A DNA stretch of 62,950 nt, the filler included, from Reclinomonas americana ATCC 50394 (lineage: Eukaryota), in the NCBI GenBank assembly GCA_048213135.1. It is 5 parts of 2 records of this genome, joined end to end, with 100 filler letters (N's around TTAATTAATTAA, not from the genome) between each part and the next. Parts side by side here need not be neighbours in the genome. Positions count along the whole stretch, not along the records: positions 1 to 24,185 come from PS015272.1; 4 more parts are not named here. One strand, 5' to 3'. Under the pieces are notes generated by a model. That model was not told the DNA's origin. It worked only from the letters and a program-made list of their open reading frames with translations, and ran no database searches. Position 1 is the first letter of the stretch. Each line of letters opens with the position of its first letter. A program made the position numbers and the translations under genes. Shown piece by piece: positions 1-12,700 of the stretch.

Positions 1-125
1 CCCCACCCCCTCCCCTCTCTCACTCACACACTCACTCTCTCCCTTCTCTTCTCTTTTCTGCATCACTGTTACTGTTGTGAGTTGCGCGTTGTTGTCCGAC
101 TTTCTTGTCTGCCTCTTCTCCTCAG

Positions 126-2618
126 ATCCGCGACGGCGCCGAGCTCGAAACGCCCATGATGTTGGAGGGCGAGCAAATAGAAAACATCTGCCCTCAAGTG
201 TGCTTCCTCAACGGCCAGACCACGGTGCCGGGCGACTTTTACATTACCAACTATCGCACGATTTTCCTGCCGCAAGTTTCATCGCCCATTCTCTCTCTCT
301 GCCTCTCTCTTCGTTGTGCTCACACGCGTCACGCAGAGCAAGCACGAGTACACGGGCATCTCTGCGCCACATCTCAGCGTGTGGAAGGCGGAGAAGATTG
401 GTGGCAAGAGCACGCGTGGCGCAAACGCCTACCTTGTCGAGCTGCACTGCAAGGACTTTCGTATCTTGCGCTTTGTCTTTGACCCGCTGCAGAAGCGGAG
501 AAAAACGGTGGGTTGTGAAGCGCGGTAGAGAGAGAGAGAGAGAGAGCGGGACTCACAGAGGAAAGAGAGACAGAGAGAGTGAAAGACACAGAGAGAGAGA
601 GAGAGTGACAAAGAGAGTGAGAGAGAGAGAGAGGAGGAGAGTGGAGGAGGAGAAGAGAGAGAGAGAGAGNNNNNNNNNNNNNNNNNNNNGAGAGAGAGAG
701 AGAGGAGATGGAGAGGGAGAAAGAGAGAGAGAGAGAGAGAATGCAAGAGAGGATGAGAAGTGAGAGAGCGAGATGCGGCGGTCTTTCCACTTAAATTTGT
801 TGCCCGCCGCAGATCTTCCAACACCTCAAGCGCAAGGTGTTTCCCGACTCAATCCGACAAACGTTTGCGTTCTCGTATGTGAGGCACTTTGAGGCGCCGG
901 TGAATGGCTGGAAGTTGTACAACATCGAGGCGGAGTTTGCACGACAGGTGCGGGCAAGGAGGAGAAGTGGGGAGAGGGCGTTCACAGCCAGTCTATTGTC
1001 ATTGGAAACCAGCTGTTCGCGACTCCGTCTGCTGTGTTTCTAGACCGCTGGCGTTATTCTCACCTCTCCTCATTCTGGCTTTTCACTCACCGCCCTCTCA
1101 GTCGCAGTTCATACCCTTTCTCTTTCCCTGCTTCGTTCTCTGCGATCCCCGTAGCTTCCGTGTTTGCGCGCAGCATTATCTCGCTCTCTATGCTTCTTCG
1201 CACTCCCCGAATTCCTCGTTTGTGTCTTTCACGAGGGTCGATGTGTCTCAACCAGTTAGTGCACACGCCTCTCTCTCTCTGCACCCTCTCTGCATCCCGT
1301 GATTCCTCTCCATTCCGCCTTGTCTTCTCTCCATCTCGTGAATCCATGCATTGTATTCTCCCTCTCCTCTCTCTCTCTCCTCCTCTCTCTCCTCCTCTCT
1401 CTCTCTCTCTCTGTACCCTCTCTGCATCCCGTGATTCCTCTCCATGCCGCCACGATCTCGTGAATCCATGCATTGTATTCTCCTTCTCTCCCTTTTTCCA
1501 GTCTTTGTCATCCTCTCTCCATTTCTCGCTTCGATGTCCCACGTGTGTCTTACACACGTATTGTTGTCTCCGTTTCTCACTTTTCTTCTCCCTCCTGGAT
1601 TTCTCTCTCAGTCTCCTTCTCCCTCTTCTAAATTTGTGATCCTACCCTTTGCGGGTGCCTCTGTTTCTATCTCCACTACGCGCCCTCTATCGTCCCTCCA
1701 TTCCGTCTCTCGCATCGATGTATCTATCGCTTCTTGAAGCTCAATTTTCGGTCTCTTGTTCACACTCCTTCTCTGCTGAATCCATTCCTTCCCTTGCGTA
1801 ATCGACTCACCTTTCCTCCCTTCCCCCTTTCCCTTCCCCTTCCCTCCCCCCTTCTCAATTCCCCCTTCCCCCTTCCCACCATTCCTCCCTTCCCCCTTTC
1901 CCTTCCCCTTTCCCTTCCCCCTTCGCCCTTCCCCTCCACCCAGGGCGCTCTCGACTCGGGCCTGTGGCGCATGAGCGACATGAACCTGGAGTTTGAGCAC
2001 TCGACAAGCTACCCGAGTCGATTCTGCGTGCCGCGCGACATGGAAGATCGCGAGCTGGAGGCCGTCATGAGCTTCCGTTCGCGAGGTCGCATTCCCGTGC
2101 TGTCGTGGGTCTCGCGCACCAACGGTTCCTCGATCACGCGGTGTTCGCAGCCCATGGTGCGTGTGAATGGCCCTCGGTGTGGGCTGAAATGTCACTTATC
2201 ATGCGCTTCTCTGTGATCACCAGGGCGGTCGCATGTTTGCCAGCGTGTGCAAGGAGGACCAGAAATTGTTGGGTCTCTTTGTTTCGTGCTGCAATGCGGG
2301 ATGTGGCTCGCAAGATTTGTTGATTCTCGATGCGAGACCCAAAGCCAATGCCGTCGCCAATCGAGCTATCAAGGGTTTGTGGCATGATGGGGTCGTCAGC
2401 ATGCTGATCAGTTGCTGACGGTTGAGCAGGTGCGGGTTCGGAGCGGCGTGAGCACTACCGCAACATTGATTTGCGGTACATGTACATTGATAACATTCAT
2501 GTCATGCGAGATAGCTTCCGTAAGGTGCGTGCGATGCGGGGATAAGGTGTTTGTGTTTGCGAGGCCTGCCTGTGGGGGACGATCATTTCGTAGTTCAGGT
2601 TGTTTGAATACCGTGTGG

Positions 2619-2657
<39 letters not shown>

Positions 2658-5600
2658 TGCGTGCACTGTGAGCGGATGAGTTTGGTCGTTTCCTCTGTTT
2701 CGATTTCCGTTAGTGCGTTGCTCGCTGCCATCTCTTGCAAGCACCACGGTTCCTTAAATATTCTCTTTCTTTCTGGTCAGTGATCTGCAGCGTCCTTACT
2801 TCTCACAAGCGTCACTGTTCATTCCCTCTGTCTTTTCTGTCTGATTAGCAGACTGTGATATCCTTTCTTTTTCTTTGCCGATTTTGCTTTCGGTGTCCTC
2901 TTCACTTTGTTGTTAGTGGCCTCCCTCCTTCACCGACCCTTTCCATCTTCACTCTGGTGGCGTTTGTTTTTTCTTTGTGATTATCAGACCGCAACCTTCT
3001 GCCATTCGCCGTTTCATAGCATTTTTCAAAAAGAATCTTTTTGCGCGTGAGTTCGCTTTTCTTTCTTTGCTTTGGTGTGGCTCATGTGGTGCTTCATCCT
3101 CTCCCTGCCTTGGCAAGCTCTTTCTGGTCAGTACCCAGCAGGCTTCATCCGTCACCAGCCGGCCCTTTTCATCTTGTTTTTACTTTCGGGGTCATGTCAC
3201 TGGCCCACTTCATCTGTTCCTCACCTCTCCCTTGCCTTCCCCTCCTCCCTCACCCTCCCATCAATGCAGATCATGGACTTGTCGCAAGATGGTGGTGGGA
3301 GCCCAAAATGGTTGCGCGACCTGGATGACTCGGGCTGGCTGGCGCACATGAATCGCCTGTTCTACGCGGTTCGTTTGACGGTGGATGCCATCACTCGCGG
3401 CCAGCCCGTGATGGTGCACTGCAGTGATGGATGGGATCGGTGCGGGCGATTGAGTTGTTTCATTTGTGCATGCATGCCGTTCCACTGATGCCGTGCTTTC
3501 ACGACCTGCAGCACCTCGCAAATCGTCGCGCTGGCCGAGATCTGCCTCGATCCGTATTACCGAACACTGCACGGATTCTGTGTGCTGATCGAGAAGGAGT
3601 GGCTGAGTCTCGGCCACATGTTTGCCACGCGCATCGGTGCGTGGGTGCCAAGATTGCGCAGTGCGTCTGCTGTGTCTGCTCACCACGTGTGCCGCTTCCG
3701 CAGCGCATGGCATGAAGAACTGGTGGCACGATCAGTCGGGACCCATCTTTTTGCAATTCATCGATGCCGTCTTCCAGCTGCTGCACCAGTTTCCGGCGTC
3801 GTTTGAGTTCGACGAGAGCATGCTGGTGTTCATTCTGGACGAGTTGTACTCGTGCCGTTTTGGCACCTTTCTTACGAATTCAGAAAAGGAGAGGCGCGAG
3901 GTTTGTGTGTGTATGTGAGGGCGACTCGCCTCTCCCAGTCAACATTGATCTTCTCACTCTCGTGGCCGAGCAGGAGGAACTCGAGACCAAGACGCACTCG
4001 TTGTGGACGTACATTCTTGCATCACCTGAGCAATTCACCAATCCACTGTATGTGCCTCCCGAGGACGCCGAAGGACACCCGCCGCTCGACGATCAGAATG
4101 TGTTGCTGCCGAATATGAGGTGCGTCCTTATTGATGTACAGCTGATCGCGATGGTTCCCTCTTCATCCTTCCTCATGCCCCCTTTCACTGTCTTCCTATA
4201 CCTCTTGCATGCACTGCTGCATTCTCTGCTTCACCGTGTTGAGCTTATGTCGATGCACTCATCTTCCTTTCCTTCCACTCTCTCCGTCCCACTTTACAGC
4301 CATTCCATGGTCATTTCACCCCATCTACATTCCTTATTTCCTCATTCTCCCCTCTGCCCTCCCCCATCCCTCTTACCCTTCCTCTTTTCCCTCCTTCCCC
4401 TTCCTCTCTTTCCTCCCTTACCCCTTCCCTTCCCTTCCCTTCCCTTGCCTTCCCTTGCCTTCCCTTGCCTTCCCTTGCCTTCCCTTGCCTTCCCTTGNNN
4501 NNNNNNNNNNNNNNNNNNNNNNNNNNNNNNNNNNNNNNNNNNNNNNNNNNNNNNNNNNNNNNNNNNNNNNNNNNNNNNNNNNNNNNNNNNNNNNNNNNNN
4601 NNNNNNNNNNNNNNNNNNNNNNNNNNNNNNNNNNNNNNNNNNNNNNNNNNNNNNNNNNNNNNNNNNNNNNNNNNNNNNNNNNNNNNNNNNNNNNNNNNNN
4701 NNNNNNNNNNNNNNNNNNNNNNNNNNNNNNNNNNNNNNNNNNNNNNNNNNNNNNNNNNNNNNNNNNNNNNNNNNNNNNNNNNNNNNNNNNNNNNNNNNNN
4801 NNNNNNNNNNNNNNNNNNNNNNNNNNNNNNNNNNNNNNNNNNNNNNNNNNNNNNNNNNNNNNNNNNNNNNNNNNNNNNNNNNNNNNNNNNNNNNNNNNNN
4901 NNNNNNNNNNNNNNNNNNNNNNNNNNNNNNNNNNNNNNNNNNNNNNNNNNNNNNNNNNNNNNNNNNNNNNNNNNNNNNNNNNNNNNNNNNNNNNNNNNNN
5001 NNNNNNNNNNNNNNNNNNNNNNNNNNNNNNNNNNNNNNNNNNNNNNNNNNNNNNNNNNNNNNNNNNNNNNNNNNNNNNNNNNNNNNNNNNNNNNNNNNNN
5101 NNNNNNNNNNNNNNNNNNNNNNNNNNNNNNNNNNNNNNNNNNNNNNNNNNNNNNNNNNNNNNNNNNNNNNNNNNNNNNNNNNNNNNNNNNNNNNNNNNNN
5201 NNNNNNNNNNNNNNNNNNNNNNNNNNNNNNNNNNNNNNNNNNNNNNNNNNNNNNNNNNNNNNNNNNNNNNNNNNNNNNNNNNNNNNNNNNNNNNNNNNNN
5301 NNNNNNNNNNNNNNNNNNCCCTTCCCTTCCCTTTCCTCCGTTTCCTCCGTTTCCTCCCTTCCCCCTACCGCCCTTTTCCTCTCACCCCCTTCCCCACTTA
5401 TCCCTTCCCCATTTAACCCTTTCCCCTCTTGCAGCATCTCCTCCCTCGTCTTCTGGTTCCGCTACTACTGCCGCTACACCAAGGGCCGCGGCTCGGAGGG
5501 CGGCGTGCGAGGCATCACTGTGCACCAACGGATGCGCACCGCGGCCGAGCACCTGCGCTCCATGGCCGAGGCGTCGCTGTTTGAGCGGCAGGAGCTGGCC

Positions 5601-6634
5601 AGCGCCAACGAACGAACAATCACCGTGTTCCAGACAGAGGTCTCGCAGCTCTCGCAAAAGTACCAGCAAGCGAAACAGCTGGTGTGGTTTATTTATTTTT
5701 TGTGTCTCCGTTGTCGCGAGCACTGAACTCACCCTCATTTCTTTTATTATATGTCCATCAGCTCGCCGAGTTGCAATCTCTGGTGCCGCAGTTGCCTGCT
5801 GACCTGCAGCGGCAACTGGAGGCCCTCGATAGCAGCAGCAACAGTAGTGCTAGTGCCAGTGGCGGCGGCGGCGGTGGTGGTGGTGGTGCTGCCAGCAGCG
5901 ACAGCACGTCACCCGCGCCAGGTTCGTCGGTTCCCCTCCCAACGCCATTTGCCGGGTCGGTGTTGCTGGTGTCGAATTCGAGCAGCAGCAGCAGCGGCGG
6001 CGTGTTATCGCATCCCTCGTTGTGGGCTCCACGGCAGCAGACGCTGATTGCACGCCGGCCGTCGGTCAACAAGCGGCCGGTGCATGTGATGCGCGACTTG
6101 TACCAGAGCATCGACGGCGATTTTGATTTGGGTGTGGTCGGCGGCGACGATGATGACTCGCGCTCCGACATTACGGAACCCGAATTGACGCCCTCCCACG
6201 CACCGTCGGGTGGTGGTTTCAAGCAGCCGGCCTCGCAGGCGCCGCCTCAAAACCAACTGCCACCACCGCCTCCGTCAGTACCAGGGCCACCCGTGTCGGT
6301 GCACAAGCATGCGTCGCTGACGGCCGGCTCTCGACATGCGGTACGCATCGATGAGGACGATCTCGACCCGCTGGAACCTCTACCAGAGTCGGGAACGCGG
6401 ATAAATGTGCCGCCGCAGTCGTCGCAGACGCCGCCGCCGCCGCCACTGGCTGCCGCTGTATCAATGGACGCCTCTCTGGCGTACGAGAATGGACCATCAC
6501 CGGCGCCGTCGCCGGCCATGGCGCCACCGGGCCCTGCAGAGTTGCTGGCTGGCGGCGTGCTGACGGGTGGACGGCGTGCCAACAGCGCTCCGCGATCCCG
6601 TTTTGTGCTCATTCCCGACCACTATCGGGGGTGA
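126..6634 (+). CDS. Myotubularin-related phosphoinositide 3-phosphatase (PH-GRAM + phosphatase + coiled coil + low-complexity tail); 5' end outside window; about 12 visible exons
   Basis: Exons at ~126-276, 337-507, 813-947, 1944-2155, 2225-2374, 2430-2525, 3270-3439, 3512-3637, 3703-3900, 3974-4119, 5435-5681 and 5762-6634 splice into myotubularin motifs: [65 protein letters not shown], catalytic [12 protein letters not shown] (3413-3520), [45 protein letters not shown]. Confidence 0.95.
4430..4497. repeat. (CCCTTGCCTT)n intronic satellite running into a gap
   Basis: Direct reading of the sequence. Confidence 0.9.
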
Positions 6635-6738
6635 GTGGCCGGCTGAGACCTAAAATGGAAAAAATGAATGCGGACACGCGTGTTTGAAGGGTGGTGTGTC
6701 ATTCATTTATTATTTCCTAGTACGGTATTTTTTGTGGA

Positions 6739-9700
6739 TCATAATCTTCTTGCTGATCTGTCAGCATCCTCAATTGGCAGCAGGCGCTCTTGTAGCTGCA
6801 CGGTGGCCGTGGTTATATCGTCGGCAGAGCTCGCCAGTGCATTGACTCGTTTCTGCCGCTGCGCTCGCGAGCGAACCAGTTTGCGACACAAACGGAGCCA
6901 CTGGCGACCGACACGAAGAAGCATGGCGCCCAGCACGATGCACATGCCGATAATGTAGAGCACCAGACCTGCAGGGGGTGTACAGGTGAGGCCGTCTCCC
7001 GACTGAATGACAAAAATAAAAAAACAGGTAACACGATATGCTCCACTCACCGACAATCTGGTGGAACGAGCTATTCGAGGACTCGTCGTAGTCCACCACG
7101 GAGCTGCTGAAGAGGCCGGCGAGCAGCATCAGAATCGCAAGAGACAAGCTGTCGACTAGTTGATCGTGCTGTCGCACAAAAGCTGTTGCGTGAAAGGGAA
7201 AAAGTGAGGGGAATTGTGTCGCACGATACATTTTGCATCGAACGCAACGACGAAGCACTACAGGCACCACGAGAAACAGCAACTGCGGTGGAGAATGCAG
7301 TGAGACCACACAATGTCAGTCCGCGAAGAGTGCGCCGAGACGCAACAGAGAGACACCACAGAGAAAAATGCAGTGTGTCTAGCGTGTCGCTGCGCGCCAG
7401 CAAGAGGAAGACCACGGCAAGGGCAGGTCTCCTCAACAACTGCACCAGCTCGTACCACCAGAACGCAGGTCGATAAATAACGATGATCGGCGACACCGCG
7501 TACGGCAGCCACTGCATGAAAGAGCGTCGAGTTACGAACGTGCACAAGAGCTGGAGTCACGTGATAGATATGCAACGCAACAGCGGCAGCAGTGCTCGTA
7601 GCCGGTGCGGGTGCGAGTGCAGTCGCCGCTGCTGATGCTGCTGCTGCGGTGTCGCCGTTTGCGGTAGTAGCTGGCGGCGCGGTGGCGGCCGATGGCAGGT
7701 CCACGTAGCGCAATGCACGGAGCTGCTTATCTTACGTGTGAGAGAAGCCATGCGACGTCACGAAAAACAACTTGCGCACCTCCGTATCGCGGCGCACAAG
7801 CTTGTTGTCACCATTGGGTACCGACGATGCCGCAGAAACTTCATCATCCGTGTCGGCGAGGCGTCGCTTCTCTCGCAGCTGCCGGTGGCGCCTGATGTGG
7901 AGCAGTACCACGAACAACACCACGGGCGCGGCACACAGCAGCGCACAAACAACGCCAAACACGGGTTTGAGTCGCTGCCATCCGTTGCATGCATCGTCGC
8001 CCGGAGAGCAGCCGTTGCACTTGATGCTAAGCACAGCAGCATGAGACCTCGCGCGACATGGCAGAGTGGGCAAGCGTCTATCTGTTTACCTGGGAACCAG
8101 CGTGTTATAGCTGCCAAAGGCGCCGACCTCTTTGCACACCCAGAATGTGAAAGAGGAGAAGAGCAGAGTCCAGTACATGCCAATGCCCAGCATGACGGAC
8201 GTTCGCACGTAATACTTGACGCCAGCCCAACGGTGCATCAGCTGTCGGACAGAGCGTGTTCGAGGCTGCACGGGCACACCAAGTCAGCGGCGACTCATAT
8301 CAATAGGGCGGGGGCAAGCAGAGTACGCACGTCGTGCAGTCGAAAGATGAATGTCAACAGGCGGTGGATGAGGAATGCCACCCACAAGGCCGCAAAGTAC
8401 AGCAGTGGTTTCACTGCACGACATAAAAGCATGAGAGTGAGAGAATGACAAGGCAGCGTGCTCACAACACGCGCAAAAGAACTGACCGAGTGCGACAGCC
8501 AAGTTGCCGAGTCCATTGACTGAAAATGCGCAAGCTGTGGTGTCGTGGCGATCGAGTGAGAAAGGAGTGCGATCATGGCGACAAAAAGGGGGTGGGACGA
8601 AACAGCCAGAGCCGAGCACACGCAAGAGTCGCCAGTTGAAGAATGCCGTCACACCGTCGAGGACAGTTTGTGGATAGAATAGCACTGCGCGCGCACAGAG
8701 AATGCGTGAGATGATCAGAGGTGACTCGCACGCAGCACAGCAGCGATGCGCAACAGCCTGCAGTCTGTGTGAAAAAGTACAAGCAGCGCATCTCCACGGC
8801 TCCCTTGCCCTGCGAGGCGTCGGACATGAGTAAGAATTCTTGTGGTAAGTCACGCAGAATCGGCAGACTAAAAAACCTGGGCGACGACGTGCTGGAACAA
8901 GGTCCAGCCGATGATCTCGAACACGAGCAATGCCAGCACGCCACTTGCTCGGCCGTCGCAGGCAATACAGCTGTGTGCGCAAATAGAGGAGATGAGAGAG
9001 AGAGAGAGGCAAAGCGGGACGCAGGAGGTGAAGGAGGAAGAGGAATAGGCGATTGTAATGAAGGAGATGCAGAGGAGGAAGGAGAATGATGATGAAAGAG
9101 ACGTACAGGACGGAGAAAGAAAGAGAAGAACAGGCTGGAAGAGAAGGAGGCAAAGGAGGAGAAAAAGGGCAAAGACAATGAAGAACATGCAGGAGGTGAA
9201 GACAAGGAAGAGGGGGAGGACGACAGCGATGAAGAAAAAGAGCTCGAAGAGAAGGAAGAAAAGAACAGGCTGGAAGAAAAGGAAGTGAAAGAGGAGGGAA
9301 AAGGGCGAAGATAATGAAGAACATGCAGGAGGTGAAGACAAGGAGAAGGAGGACCGAGAATGATGACGTACAAGATGGGCGAAGAAGAAAAGAATAGGCT
9401 GGAAGAGAAGGAGGTGATAGAGAAGGAAAAAGGGCGAAGATAATGAAGAACATGCAGTAGTTAAAGACCCGGAGGAGGAGCAGGAGGACGGCAATGATGA
9501 AAAGAAAAAAAGCTGGAAGAGAAGGAAGAGAGAGGAGGATGCTGGAATATCAGAGATAAGTTGTATTCATAAAGGTGCGAGGCAAAGGAACACGATCAAC
9601 AGCCTGAACTCATCCATGAACGCTCTCGACATGAATAAAAAGGAAGGAAGAAGTATGCAACAGTGGATACTGTAACGAGAGAAGGAGCGCAAAGAACAAA

Positions 9701-12700
9701 CGGAGAAGCAAAGATGAAACAAGTGGACAGAAACAGATTCAAACAGTCCGTTCCGCGTTCGCCTCCTCCTACCTCACTCCCCGCTCCTTCTCCCTCCCTC
9801 CCTCTCGCCTTCCCCTCATTCCTTCCCATTCTCCCTCACCTCTCGCCCCACTGCGAATACCCAGGGAGACACTGGCCACACATTGGCGACGCCGGATCTC
9901 GGTTGGAGCCCGGTGTGCACAACTGGGAGGAGCGCGACGGCAGAATGCCCAACGTGGAGAACGAGCGTGTGGAGAATAACGACGTAGCGTTGCCGATATT
10001 CACCTATAAGTGCGCGCAATTGAGGGATCGACGCACACTCTCACCGCTTCAACAGTTGCACACACCGGTGCCGCCTGGCAGTAATCGTACGGGCAAAGCA
10101 CGGGAATAATGTCACCAGAGACAGACACTGCCGGCCAGTAGTTGCTGGCCACGAGGACGTCGTCGCCACCGTTGCAGACCAAGTGGTTCGGACATTGCAG
10201 ACAGGCTCCAGAGGACGGCAGCACCGAGTACTCGTCCACAGCGCACACACTACGGGAGAGACATGAGCAATCAATGAACGAATCACATGGAAACACGAGC
10301 GACTCGCCGACAGTCGGAGGTCGGAGTGAGCATGCCGGAGCCGGGCGGACACGGGGAACGCGGCAGTGTGACAATCGACGACTGGGAGGGGATGGATCGC
10401 GAACTGCATATACGAGTGCACGATGAGAGGAGCGAGGAGCTGCATCGCCATCCAAAATATAGAGAGTCACCTGGCCACAATATCCAGAGACGCGTACTGT
10501 CCGGTGGGGATCACCACCGTGCCCACGATCTCGCCGTGCGAACTGGTGAACAACTGCGCTGACTCGGTGCAATTGGAGCAACGCAAGTCAATCTCGCTCG
10601 GAAACAGTGCAAATGTGTTGATCGGTTGGCCGAACAGGTCCAGAACCTGCAATAGCGATGCAGGCTGTCAGCATGCTGACAATCATGAAAAAATATGTGG
10701 AGGTCACGCGCACCGTGGTGTGCACTTCGGCCTGCTGTCCGGGGTACACTGCCAGCAGCTCAACCGTTGTATTCGTGGCGTCAAACAGGCGCGGCGGACG
10801 GAGCTGATACGGCACCGTGGCAACGTAGGGCCCGTAAGAGGCTGCCGACGGCATGAAGCATGCGCTCCATTGTGTCGGTGTGCCAGTGATGCATCGATAG
10901 TCAGCGGTGACCATGATTTCAGGCATGAGCATGCACGCCGTTTGTGCCGCTGCCAGTTGCGGTAACGACATGTCGAGGAAAACGGCACCTGCAATGCACG
11001 CACACGGAAAGAGAGAGATAGGGATGAGGCGACGACAAAGATACTCAGAATAAAAAAACACGGTGATGAACCTCCGCCACCGGCGCCAATGAGACTGCCT
11101 TGTGGCACATTTGCCAAGTTCGTGGCAGTGTTGGCGTGAAACATCACACCATCCATATGCGAGGCTAAGCAAAGCGATGCGCCATCCGAGGAAGGTGAAG
11201 CGATCAAGAACATTGCACTAAAGGAGGGGGGAGGGAAACCGTGAGAAAAGAGTTACATAATCTCGTTCACATTGAGATGTTCTCACTCTGTGCGTGTGCC
11301 ACACACAAGTGGATAAGAAAAGCAGCTCGGACGCATGAAGACGCTTTGGTTAATGCGCGACGCAAGGTGGGGAGGCATTAGAACGAAGAAACCAGAAGAA
11401 GCAGCTCATTCTCATAAAAATGCTCGAATTCTCTCAACACATGCGCGTCGAAAAGAAGGGAGAGAAATGCACGTGCGAACAAGTGACAAGTATGCGAGAG
11501 ATACTCTCATGAGCAATTTCGAACTCTTGCACGCAAGTGCGACAAGCCCAGACGACGAAACTGTGCCCCTGACACACACATTTCTCTCTCTCTCTCTCTC
11601 CTCTCTCCTTCTCCTCCCCTTCCCCCCCCCCCCCCCCCTCCGTCTGCCCTCTCTCTGTCTCCGGTACGCAACCCGCCACGAAGTGCCGCATTGCCGTCGA
11701 AAGTGGAGGACTGGATGTTGAGCGACGCCAGCGGGGAGGTCAGGTACGCTCGCAGACCACCACCATCGCCACCCAACGCCACATTGCCAATGACCTGCAC
11801 GTTTGACAGGCTGCACTCGGAGCCGAGTGCGCAGTCGAAACAGCCGACATCGCCTGCCGACGAGTGCCCCGTGAACCAGCCACTGTGCAGCAGACACACA
11901 CGCAGTCATCAGCGGATACCGACACTAAAAAATGGGTGTTTCCTTCTCCACCAGACAAACCCTTGCACAACAAGCGAACTCTGCTCCTGGAAGGTGACGC
12001 ACGCGGCGGAGCCGGCGGTCCCTCGCGTAAAATTGCTCTGAAACATGGACACCACAGACTGGCCTTGCGCGTAGATTCCCGCCGCGGCGCCGGTGGCCGT
12101 GTTGTCGGCAAAGAGCGAGGAGATGACATAGACAACGCCTCCATCGTACGCCGTCATCACGGCTCCAGTGAAGGCCGTGTTGTACTGACACACCGTGCGG
12201 TTGAGCAGCAAGACGGAGGTGTCTTGCAACACAACGACTGCATGTGACGTCGACAGTGAGGCGCGTCAGATCGTGGAAACAAGCTGTTCGTCACGCACCA
12301 CCACCCGAGGCAGCCTTGTTGTGCGTCATGGTCACATTCTTGAAGACAAAGTAGCTGTTCTCGCGCGATAGTGCCACGCCACCGTTGCGGCCGGCAGTGG
12401 AATTCGTGATCGTCGAATCAATCACCTCCACACCCGATTCGCCGAGACCATACAGCGTGCCACCTGCACCGCGGAAACAACAGCGGGAATTGCATGAGAT
12501 CTGCGATATATGACACGGAGAACACAAGAACATAGACGCAAGAGCTGACCATGCATGGTGGCGCTCTGTGACAACATGAACGAGTCGGTTATAGTGATGA
12601 TGCTCTGACCCGAAACGCCCAAACAGCCACCAAGGAGACTCGTGCTGCGTACGAGAATCAGAATGCCAGCAACAGTATCTTTCTCATGCAGGAAGCGCGT

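Noticed and set aside
374-5802. Long ORFs rich in L/S/P or R/E/G and spanning N runs (also at 8.3-9.5, 41-45, 52 and 58-60 kb)
   Set aside because: These are translations of CT/GA microsatellite introns and gaps
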